Assembly (NCBI GenBank): GCA_039591655.1
Contig: JBDHDE010000052.1
Location: forward strand, 1-20,632
Origin: Gemmatimonadota bacterium
GTDB taxonomy: Bacteria > Gemmatimonadota > Gemmatimonadetes > Gemmatimonadales > GWC2-71-9
Reading direction: 5' to 3'
Length of the DNA stretch: 20,632 bases
Shown piece after piece: positions 10,608 to 17,860 of this stretch. The position numbers were made by a program, and so were the translations under genes. The notes under the pieces were generated by a model. It was not told where the DNA came from. It did not search any database and saw only the letters and a list, made by a program, of their open reading frames with translations. Position 1 is the stretch's first letter. The number at the start of each line of letters is the position of its first letter.

Positions 10608-11747
10608 TCAATACCGCGGCATTGACGAGTCCACCTCGTCGGCCCAAGCCGCGAGTCCTCCACTCATGCTCCGCACCTTCGCGAACCCCGCTTCCCTGAG
10701 CACGTCCACCGCCCGCAGCGATCGTACCCCGTGGTGGCACAGGGTCACGACGTCCCGTTGGGGATCGAGCTCGTCGAATCGGTCGCCCAGCTGACCCAGG
10801 GGAATCAGGACGGAGCCGTCGATCCGGCAGATCTCCCACTCCGGCTCCTCCCGAACGTCCACCAGGAGGAGTCCGGCGTTCTGCTCCCGCTGTCGCGCCA
10901 CCTCCTGCGCCGAGATCTCGAGTCCCTCGGCCGCCGGCGCCTCCGCGCCGACACCGCAGAACGCCTCGTAGTCGATCAGCTCGCGTACCGTCGGCTCATC
11001 GCCGCACACCGGGCAGGCGGGATCGCGCCTCAGGGCGAGCTCGCGGAACTCGAGCTTCAGGGCTTCGAACAGCAAGAGCCGACCGGCGAGCGTCTCCCCC
11101 CGACCCAGGATCAGCTTGATCGCCTCGAGACCCTGGATGCTGCCGATCACCCCGGGGAGCACGCCCAGCACTCCGGCCTGGGCGCAGGAGGGAACCAGCC
11201 CGGGCGGCGGCGGGTCGCGAAACAGGCAGCGGTAGCACGGCCCGCCCTGGGCGGCGAAGATCGAGGCCTGCCCCGAGAACCGAAAGATGGCGCCGTAGAC
11301 GTAGGGGATCCCCAGGAGGACGCAGGCGTCGTTGACGAGGTATCGGGTCGGGAAGTTGTCGCTCCCGTCCACCACCACGTCGAACTCCCGCAGGACGTCC
11401 AGCGCATTCGTGGAACAGAGCTGCAGCTCGATGCGCTCGATCCGCACGTGGGGGTTCACGTCGGCGAGCCGCGCGGCGGCGGAGTCCACCTTGGACTTCC
11501 CAAGCCAGCCGGTGCCGTGAATCACCTGGCGCTGGAGGTTCGTCTCATCCACCACATCGAAGTCGACCAGCCCCAGCGTTCCCACGCCGGCAGCGGCGAG
11601 GTACAGCGCGGCGGGTGAGCCGAGCCCCCCTGCCCCGATCACCACCACGCGCGCCGCCTTGAGACGCTGCTGACCCACCATCCCCACTTCCGGCAGGATG
11701 AGGTGCCGCGAGTAACGTAGAATCTCTTCGTGTGAGAGCTGTGACAC
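10608..11747 (-). CDS. moeB: MoeB/ThiF-family adenylyltransferase with C-terminal rhodanese domain (MoeZ/MoeBR type)
   Basis: Likely GTG start at 11747 (MSQLSHEEILRYSRHLILPEVG); GAGGLGS, NLQRQ, DGSDNFPTRY, PCYRC, CPVC; rhodanese DVRE..E and CHHGVRS. Confidence 0.92.
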   Translation of the reverse strand: MSQLSHEEILRYSRHLILPEVGMVGQQRLKAARVVVIGAGGLGSPAALYLAAAGVGTLGLVDFDVVDETNLQRQVIHGTGWLGKSKVDSAAARLADVNPHVRIERIELQLCSTNALDVLREFDVVVDGSDNFPTRYLVNDACVLLGIPYVYGAIFRFSGQASIFAAQGGPCYRCLFRDPPPPGLVPSCAQAGVLGVLPGVIGSIQGLEAIKLILGRGETLAGRLLLFEALKLEFRELALRRDPACPVCGDEPTVRELIDYEAFCGVGAEAPAAEGLEISAQEVARQREQNAGLLLVDVREEPEWEICRIDGSVLIPLGQLGDRFDELDPQRDVVTLCHHGVRSLRAVDVLREAGFAKVRSMSGGLAAWADEVDSSMPRY

Positions 11748-11896
11748 GTCGCTTTCCCCGACGGCGCGGCTGGGGCCGGGCCCGGTCAACGGTGCAAATC
11801 TGACGGTGTGGTGGAAGTTGGCCAGTCGCCGGAGGGCATGGAAGGGATCAGCCGACTCCGGCTGGCGGCCTCGCAGGGTGGAGCCTTGAGAGCGAT

Positions 11897-11921
11897 ATAG
11901 GCGAGTATTCCGCTCGGGTAT
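11897..11921. promoter_or_regulatory. IscR-type-1-like Rrf2 operator upstream of moeB
   Basis: Minus strand ATACCCGAGCGGAATACTCGCCTAT, a 25-bp imperfect palindrome resembling ATASYYGACTRWWWYAGTCRRSTAT. Confidence 0.55.
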
Positions 11922-11996
11922 TGGCAGAAAGAAAATGGCCCGAGCCCAGCCATCCGGCCCCGACCACATCCCCAATCCCCCGATGGCGGCGCGGTC

Positions 11997-12437
11997 CTAG
12001 ACCGCGATCAGCTCCTGGACCTCCGCCTCCTCCAGCATCAGATCACCAAGAGTGATGCTCGCCAGGAGGTCGTCGATCCTGCGCTGCAGCTCCCGCCACA
12101 CCGGGCGGATGCTGCACGGGTTCCCGTCGTGGCACCGCACGCTGCTCACCTTGTGAACGTCGCAGTTCACCTCGAACGTGCGGTTCTCGGCAGCTTCGAT
12201 GACGTCCTTCACCGAGATCGTATCGGGATCCCGCGCCAGGTAGTAGCCGCCCTTCGCTCCCCGAACGCTGGAGACCAGCCCCGCTCGCCGCAGCTTGAGG
12301 AGGATCTGCTCGACGTAGTCGGCGGGCAGCCCTTCCCGCTTGGCCATATCCCGTGCCGGAGTCGGCGCGTCCCTGCCCCGCTTCGCCAAGTGGAGCGAGA
12401 CAATCAAGCCATACTCGGCCCATGTCGTGACTCGCAT
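11997..12437 (-). CDS. Rrf2-family transcriptional regulator, IscR-like with three Cys
   Basis: ATG at 12437 after GGAGGT; MRVTTWAEYGL, YVEQILLKLRRAGLVSSVRGAKGGYYLA; C-x9-C-x5-C (NCDVHKVSSVRCHDGNPC) as likely Fe-S ligands. Confidence 0.93.
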   Translation of the reverse strand: MRVTTWAEYGLIVSLHLAKRGRDAPTPARDMAKREGLPADYVEQILLKLRRAGLVSSVRGAKGGYYLARDPDTISVKDVIEAAENRTFEVNCDVHKVSSVRCHDGNPCSIRPVWRELQRRIDDLLASITLGDLMLEEAEVQELIAV

Positions 12438-12456
12438 AGCCACCTCCCGGCACCAA

Positions 12457-12481
12457 ATATCCGACTCTGGTAGTCGGAAAG
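12457..12481. promoter_or_regulatory. IscR-type-1-like Rrf2 autoregulatory operator
   Basis: ATATCCGACTCTGGTAGTCGGAAAG with perfect TCCGACT-N5-AGTCGGA dyad, 19 nt upstream of the Rrf2 start. Confidence 0.7.
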
Positions 12482-12525
12482 CAAGCGGTACGGCCGTACG
12501 CGCGCCCGTAGTACGCCCGTACCCG

Positions 12526-13929
12526 CTACTCCTGGCCCGGCACTCCCGGATCGGTCATGGCCTCGAGATCCAGCACAGCGTCTAACTCCTTGGGTGACAG
12601 CAACTTCTGGCGCCGCGCCAGCTCGCGCACGGTCACGTTCTGTTGCAGCGCCTCCTTGGCCAACTGGGCGGCCGCGGCGTACCCGATCTTGGGCGCCAGG
12701 GCGGTCACCACCGCCGCACTGCGCTCCAGCCAGTGGCGGCACTGCTCCTCGTCGGCCTCGATCCCCTCCACGCAGCGCTCGGCGAAGATTCGGCTGGCGC
12801 TCGTCAGGATCTCCATCGCGAAACAGAGGTTGTGGGCGATGACCGGCATCATCACGTTCAGCTCGAGCTGGCCCGCTTCGGCCGCCGCCGCTACGGTGGC
12901 GTCGTTCCCCATCACCTGGTAGCACACCATGTTGACCATCTCGGCAATCACGGGATTCACCTTGCCCGGCATGATGCTGGAGCCGGGTTGCACCGGTGGG
13001 AGCCGAATCTCCGCGAACCCCGTGCGGGGACCCGACGCCAGGAGCCGAATGTCGCCGGCGATCTTCCCGAGATCGACCGCGTAGGTGCGCAAGCACCCGC
13101 TGAGCGCCGCCTGATCCCCCATCGACTGCATGAGCTGCACCCGGTCGGCGCCCTGCCGCAGCTCCAGATCGCTGACCTCCGCGAGATGGCCCACCATCAG
13201 GGCGGGGTACTCCGGCTCCACATTGAGGCCGGTGCCAACCGCTGAGCCCCCGATCCCCAGCTCCCTCAGGGGCTCGGCCCCCGCCTCGATTCGGTCACGA
13301 TTGCGCGCGACGGTGGCGGCGTATGCGGCGAACTCCTGCCCCAACCGAATCGGCGTCGCGTCCTGCAGGTGCGTCCGCCCCGCCTTCACGACGTGGTCGA
13401 ACGCCGTTCCCCGCTCCCGCAACGCATCCGCCAGCCGGTCCATGGCGCCGGTGAGCCGCGGCAGGAGCGTCAGCGCCGCTAGGCGGATGGCGGTGGGAAT
13501 CGTGTCGTTGGTGCTCTGCGCCATGTTGACGTGATCGTTGGGGTGCACCGGTGCGTATTCGCCGCGGCGCCCTCCGAGGATCTCGTTGGCGCGATTGGCC
13601 AGCACCTCGTTGACGTTCATGTTGTGGCTGGTGCCGGCGCCAGCCTGGTAGGGATCCACCACGAACTGGTCGCGATGTTGCCCCCCAAGGACCTCGTCCG
13701 CCGCACGGACGATGGCGTCGGCGAGGCGGGCGTCCAGCCGCCCCGTCCCCCGGTGTGTCAGCGCCGCGCTCCGCTTGATCCACACCATGGCGTCCACGAA
13801 GACGGAGAGCGGCCGCAGCCCCGAGATGGGGAAGTTGTGCCGGGCGCGCTCGGTTTGGATGCCCCACAGCGCCCATGCCGGCACGGGAAGCTCTCCCATC
13901 GGGTCCCGCTCCATTCGGATCTCACTCAT
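12526..13929 (-). CDS. aspartate ammonia-lyase / class II fumarase family protein
   Basis: ATG at 13929 (MSEIRMERDPMGE); GAGTSHNMNVNEV, HPNDHVNMAQSTND, GRTHLQDATP, signature GSSIMPGKVNP, GQLELNVMMP. AspA versus FumC not resolvable by eye. Confidence 0.9.
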   Translation of the reverse strand: MSEIRMERDPMGELPVPAWALWGIQTERARHNFPISGLRPLSVFVDAMVWIKRSAALTHRGTGRLDARLADAIVRAADEVLGGQHRDQFVVDPYQAGAGTSHNMNVNEVLANRANEILGGRRGEYAPVHPNDHVNMAQSTNDTIPTAIRLAALTLLPRLTGAMDRLADALRERGTAFDHVVKAGRTHLQDATPIRLGQEFAAYAATVARNRDRIEAGAEPLRELGIGGSAVGTGLNVEPEYPALMVGHLAEVSDLELRQGADRVQLMQSMGDQAALSGCLRTYAVDLGKIAGDIRLLASGPRTGFAEIRLPPVQPGSSIMPGKVNPVIAEMVNMVCYQVMGNDATVAAAAEAGQLELNVMMPVIAHNLCFAMEILTSASRIFAERCVEGIEADEEQCRHWLERSAAVVTALAPKIGYAAAAQLAKEALQQNVTVRELARRQKLLSPKELDAVLDLEAMTDPGVPGQE

Positions 13930-13984
13930 GTGCTCGTCCTGCCCGGTGCGTTCACTATCGGTGCCAAGCCACGAGTCGGTCACG

Positions 13985-14545
13985 CTAGCGCGTCACCTCC
14001 ACCCGTAGCGCGTCGTTGAACCGATTGAAGTAACTGAAGAGCCCCGCCACCAGAGTGATCTCGACGATCTCCTCTTCCTGCCAGTATCGAGCTAGCTCGG
14101 CGTACTGCTCGTCGGTCACCGAATGGCCGCTCTGCGTGACCGCCTCTGCGTACCGCAGGGCCGCCATCCAGCTCTGCTCCATGCCGTCCAGCGAACCTGT
14201 GGCCGGCCCCTCCCGCTCCGGGGTCTCGGGCCGCAGCGCGGCGATCCATGCCTCCCGGGCTCCCAGCCGCCTTGCCAAGGCGGTGTGGGACGCCAGTCAG
14301 TAACGACACCGGTTGATGGACGACACCCGAATCGCCATGAGCTCCTTCAGGACCGGGGGCACGTCCCCTTCGCTCATCACGGTGCGGAAGTGCTCGATGA
14401 GGGTCGTCAGGTGCTTCGGACGTACCGCGACGGTCCGGAACATGTTGGGGATGTTGCCGCGCTCCCGCAGGTAGGTCTCGAAGATGGGGCGCACTTCCGG
14501 CGCGACATCCTCCGGCGTGCGCGGCCGAATGCGAGGGGTGCTCAT
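13985..14545 (-). CDS. AhpD/carboxymuconolactone decarboxylase-family selenoprotein (186 aa, U83 in CxxU)
   Basis: Track ORFs 14297..14545 and 13985..14278 are in one frame, joined by TGA at 14297-14299: KELMAIRVSSINRCRY-U-LASHTALARRLG. This matches the AhpD CxxCxxxH motif; C-terminal EEEIVEITLVAGLFSYFNRFNDAL completes the CMD fold. Confidence 0.88.
14261..14290 (-). promoter_or_regulatory. candidate bacterial SECIS element of the AhpD-like gene
   Basis: UGA-CUGGCG-UCCCA-CA-CCGCCUU-GGC-AAGGCGG-C-UGGGA: 5-bp plus 7-bp stems, apical G residues 21-22 nt after UGA. Confidence 0.7.
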
Positions 14546-14606
14546 CGCAGATCCGTGCTCCTAGTCGGAACAGTCACCCAGGGGGTACGCGAAGCCGCAG
14601 TTGCGG

Positions 14607-15254
14607 CTACGCAAGAGGAATCACCCCGGTGAGAAACGGGTTGGCGCGGCGCTCGGCGCCGATCGTGGTCTGGGGACCGTGTCCCGCGTACACCACCGTC
14701 TCGTCCGGCAACGTCAGCAGCTGCTCCCGAATGCTGGTCAGCAGCGTTCCCCCGTTTCCCCCGGGGAGATCGACCCGACCCACCGATCCGGCGAACACCG
14801 CGTCGCCGACGAATGCGACGTCATGCCCCACGAAGGCCACGCTTCCAGGGCTGTGGCCCGGGACGTGGCGCACTTCGAACTCCAGCGACCCCAACCCGAG
14901 AGTGTCGCCGTGCGCCAGGTCGCGGTCGGGGGGCGGGGGGGCCGGCGCGCGGACGCCGAGCCAGGCACCCTGATCCGCAGCACCGTCGTACAGCGGGCGA
15001 TCGGCCGGGTGCAGCGACACCGGTACGCCCGTCTGCTCGACGACGGTCTGTACGCCCAGGATGTGATCGAGGTGCGCATGGGTGAGCCACACCGCACGCA
15101 CGGTGAGTCCCTCAGTGGCGACCCGGCGCAGGATCAGTTCCGCCTCCTCACCGGGATCTATGATCACGACGTCACCCGCCTCGGGATCCGCCAGGAGGTA
15201 GCAGTTCTCCTGGAAGACGCCGGTGGTGAGGCAGATGACCTTAGGGCGAGGCAA
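14607..15254 (-). CDS. MBL-fold metallo-hydrolase (glyoxalase II / YcbL-like)
   Basis: TTG start at 15254 after AGGAGG; ENCYL, IIDPG, LTHAHLDH, PGHSPGS, FVGDAVF, GRVDLPGG, GHGPQTTIGAERRANPF. Confidence 0.92.
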   Translation of the reverse strand: MPRPKVICLTTGVFQENCYLLADPEAGDVVIIDPGEEAELILRRVATEGLTVRAVWLTHAHLDHILGVQTVVEQTGVPVSLHPADRPLYDGAADQGAWLGVRAPAPPPPDRDLAHGDTLGLGSLEFEVRHVPGHSPGSVAFVGHDVAFVGDAVFAGSVGRVDLPGGNGGTLLTSIREQLLTLPDETVVYAGHGPQTTIGAERRANPFLTGVIPLA

Positions 15255-16260
15255 CGGCCTCCTGCTCCTTCGCCCTCCCCTCCTTCTCCCTGTCCCGCTT
15301 CTCCGCCAGGTACTTCTCGACGGCGATCGCCGCCGTGGTGGCGTCACCGACCGCCGTGGTGATCTGGCGGACCAGTTGGACCCGGAGGTCACCCGCGGCG
15401 AACAGCCCCGGAATCGAGGTCATCATACGGCTGTCGGTGATAATATAGCCGCCGGGATCGTGGTCGAAGTGGCCCTTGATGAGCCCCGAGTTCGGCGTGA
15501 AGCCGATCAGAATGAACACACCGCCCACACCGAGCCGTGAGGTCTCACCGGTCTGGGTGTCCTTCAGCGCCAGGTGCGTGACTCCCTTGGGCTCGCCGTG
15601 AACCTCCTCCACCACCTTGTTCCAGATGAACTCGATCTTGGGGTTGTCGAACGCCCGCTTCTGAATGATCGGCGAGGCGCGTAGCTGGTCGCGGCGGTGG
15701 ATGACGTACACCTTCTCCGCGTAGCGCGTGAGGTAGTCGGCCTCCTCGACCGCCGCATCCCCGCCACCGACGACGGCGAGGACCTCTCCCTTGAAGAACG
15801 CACCGTCGCACACAGCACAGTACGACACGCCGCGGCCCGCATACTCTTGCTCGCCGGGGACGTTCAGCTTCCGGGGCGTCCCGCCGGCCGTGAGGATCAC
15901 CGCCGGCACCCGGTAGGTCGTGCCGCGCTCCGTCAGCACGTCGAACTCGCCATCCTCTCGCTTCTCGATCGCCGCCACCGCGTCAGTGATCATCTCCGCA
16001 CCGAACTTGAGCGCGTGGTCGGCCATCTTCTGCGCGAGCTCGGGGCCCTTGATGCTCTCGAAGCCCGGATAGTCCTCGATCAGGTCGGTGTTGAGGATCT
16101 CTCCACCCGGTGCGCCGCGCTCGATTAGCGCGGTCTTCAGCATGCCACGCCCCGTGTACATCGCGGCGCAGAGGCCCGCCGGCCCCCCTCCCACGACGAT
16201 CACATCGTATTTCTTGGTCTCACCCTTCGGCGTGTCAGCCACTGCTCCCCCAGTAGTCAT
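15241..16260 (-). CDS. trxB: thioredoxin-disulfide reductase
   Basis: GGGPAGLCAA, GRGVSYCAVCDG, VVGGGDAAVEEA, IHRRD, TSIPGLFAAGD, RQITTAVGD. Confidence 0.95.
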   Translation of the reverse strand: MTTGGAVADTPKGETKKYDVIVVGGGPAGLCAAMYTGRGMLKTALIERGAPGGEILNTDLIEDYPGFESIKGPELAQKMADHALKFGAEMITDAVAAIEKREDGEFDVLTERGTTYRVPAVILTAGGTPRKLNVPGEQEYAGRGVSYCAVCDGAFFKGEVLAVVGGGDAAVEEADYLTRYAEKVYVIHRRDQLRASPIIQKRAFDNPKIEFIWNKVVEEVHGEPKGVTHLALKDTQTGETSRLGVGGVFILIGFTPNSGLIKGHFDHDPGGYIITDSRMMTSIPGLFAAGDLRVQLVRQITTAVGDATTAAIAVEKYLAEKRDREKEGRAKEQEAVASP

Positions 16261-16295
16261 CCTCTGCTTGTCCGCATCCGGCTGCCCGGCCGAGT

Positions 16296-16321
16296 AACAT
16301 CACCTCGGTTGCCGAAGTTCC
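16296..16321 (-). promoter_or_regulatory. putative ECF-sigma (SigR/SigH-like) promoter upstream of trxB
   Basis: GGAAC-18 nt-GTT on the minus strand, 35 nt upstream of the trxB ATG. Confidence 0.45.
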
Positions 16322-16379
16322 CGGCCGCCCTGCGTGCAGGAAACATAGTGGATCCCAGCGACCTCGGCGCATCCCCATC

Positions 16380-16820
16380 CTAGCCGAGCGATGCAAGGCT
16401 CTCGTCCGGCCCCGGCATCCCGCGAGCGGCGAACTCCACCGTCCCGTTGCGGTTCACCAGCACGACGGTGCGCTGGATCTTCTTGCCGTCGGCCTTCAGG
16501 GCCCCGTATGCCGCGATGACCTCACGCTCGGGGTTGGAGAGGAGCGGAAACGGCAGCTTGAGCTTGTTCGCGTATTTCCGGTGGCCCTCGACGCCGGCGA
16601 AGTTCACGCCGAAGGGCTGCACATTGGCACTGCGATAGGTCTCGATCTCATCGCGCACGGCGGAGAGTTGCTTGTTTCACCCAGGGGTGTTGTTGCCGGG
16701 ATAGAAGATCAGGAGCGCGTGGGACTCCCTCAAGACATCGCTCAACCGGTAGTGCGCGCCGTCCGAGGCGCTCAACTCGAACACCGGCGCCTCCGCGCCG
16801 ACCGCGATCATGTCCTTCAT
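16380..16820 (-). CDS. BCP/PrxQ-type peroxiredoxin selenoprotein (146 aa, U48)
   Basis: Manual translation from ATG 16820 (ATGA overlap with PHP stop): MKDMIAVGAEAPVFELSASDG...LLIFYPGNNTPG-U(TGA 16677-16679)-NKQLSAVRDE, in frame with track ORF 16380..16658 (LPFPLLS, IQRTVVLV). PxxxTxxC motif with U in place of the peroxidatic Cys. Confidence 0.9.
16647..16667 (-). promoter_or_regulatory. candidate bacterial SECIS element of the peroxiredoxin gene
   Basis: UGA-AACAAGCAA-CUCUCCGC-CGU-GCGCGAUGAG: bulged stem with GU in the apical loop 19-20 nt after UGA; weaker than the AhpD hairpin. Confidence 0.45.
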
Positions 16821-17671
16821 CGATTCGCCTCCGACATCATGGTTCGCTCATCGTGCAGCTCTTCGAGAGCCGCCAGCCAGGTCTCGGGAATGGTCACCAC
16901 CCCCAGGGCCGCCCGATCAGGCGTCTGCAGACTATCACCGTGCCAGTCCGAACCCCCCGTGGGAAGCAGCTCGAACTCCCGGGCCAGCTGCTCCGCGCGC
17001 CGCATCTTCCCTTCGTCGTGTGCTGGGTGGCGGACCTCGAGAGCATCCACCCCTCCCTTGCGCAACGTGCGCATGACCCCGGGAGTCACCCGGTCCTTGA
17101 GATGGGCCGCCGACGTGACGCCACCCGACTCGCGGACCAGAGCCGTGACCTCAGCCAGCGGCGGGAGCTCCTTGGGCACGAACGCCGGTCGGCCCCAGCC
17201 GAGGTACCGCCGGAACGCGGAGTCGACGTCGGGCACCGCCCCCGCGGCAACCAGGGCCCGGGCGACGTGCGGTCGGCCGACCGCGTCACCGCAGGTCTCC
17301 CGCAGGACGTCGTCCACGCCGACGCCCACTCCCACCCGATTCAGCCGCTCCACGATTCGCTCCGCCCGCCGACGCCGCTTCACCCGCTGGTCGCCCAGGT
17401 GGTCCGCCAGGCACTCATTCTCCACCGGGAGGAAATAGGCGAGGAGGTGCATCTCGCCCCAACGGACCGCGACGCTGAACTCGCACCCGGCGATGACGCG
17501 GACCCCACTGGCACGCCCGGCCTGTTCAGCCTCCGGGAGCCCCGCCAGGGTATCGTGATCGGTCAGGGCGATGGTTCGCAGTCCCGCAGCCGCCGCCCGC
17601 TCCACGACTTCCGCCGGGGCGCACTCGCCATCAGATGCAGAGGAGTGGAGGTGAAGGTCGATCGCCCCCAC
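16817..17671 (-). CDS. PHP-domain phosphoesterase (TrpH/YciV-like)
   Basis: IDLHLHSSASDG, ALTDHDT, GCEFS, EMHLLAY, GRPHVARAL, AAH, TGGSDWHG. Confidence 0.92.
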   Translation of the reverse strand: MGAIDLHLHSSASDGECAPAEVVERAAAAGLRTIALTDHDTLAGLPEAEQAGRASGVRVIAGCEFSVAVRWGEMHLLAYFLPVENECLADHLGDQRVKRRRRAERIVERLNRVGVGVGVDDVLRETCGDAVGRPHVARALVAAGAVPDVDSAFRRYLGWGRPAFVPKELPPLAEVTALVRESGGVTSAAHLKDRVTPGVMRTLRKGGVDALEVRHPAHDEGKMRRAEQLAREFELLPTGGSDWHGDSLQTPDRAALGVVTIPETWLAALEELHDERTMMSEANR

Positions 17672-17672
17672 G

Positions 17673-17858
17673 TCAGCGGGCCCGTCGGTCCCACCGGCGG
17701 GCGCGCAGGGGCGAGTAGCGGGTGACGCGCCGCACCCGCTGCGGCCCCGTTCCCTTCTCGAACACCAACCCGAACTCGTCCCGGTCGTAGGCCGTCACCC
17801 GGCCGGATGGGTAGACGTGCCACCGTTCTCCATCGATCTGGACGGTTCGGCGCGTCAT
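17673..17858 (-). CDS. small hypothetical protein (61 aa)
   Basis: MTRRTVQIDGERWHVYPSGRVTAYDRDEFGLVFEKG...; fits exactly between the E2 stop (2-nt gap) and the PHP start (1-nt gap), with AAGGAG in the E2 3' end upstream. Confidence 0.7.
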   Translation of the reverse strand: MTRRTVQIDGERWHVYPSGRVTAYDRDEFGLVFEKGTGPQRVRRVTRYSPLRARRWDRRAR

Positions 17859-17860
17859 GC

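Noticed and set aside
11750..11900. SAM-I or Moco riboswitch upstream of moeB
   Set aside because: GGTGCAAATC on the plus strand resembles part of SAM-I but is on the wrong strand and lacks the ATC-AGAG and GCAACC core; no Moco consensus recognised.
11748..11975. 76-aa N-terminal extension of MoeB from the ORF track
   Set aside because: MoeB homology starts at GTG 11747; the extension looks non-coding and contains the candidate operator.
14593..14608. Hairpin AGCCGC-AGTT-GCGGCT at the MBL stop as a terminator
   Set aside because: Short stem overlapping the stop codon with no U-tract; at most a pause or stability element.
13985..16820. Alternative genetic code (TGA=Trp/Gly) as the explanation for the in-frame TGAs
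   Set aside because: TGA is the normal stop for gmd, rpmB, rplQ, rpmJ, pyrF and smpB here, and Trp is TGG. The two internal TGAs fall on catalytic Cys positions, which fits site-specific Sec recoding.
13985..16820. Calling the Prx and AhpD genes pseudogenes
   Set aside because: Both frames are otherwise intact with no frameshifts or other stops; two independent TGAs at redox-active positions followed by hairpins are unlikely by chance.
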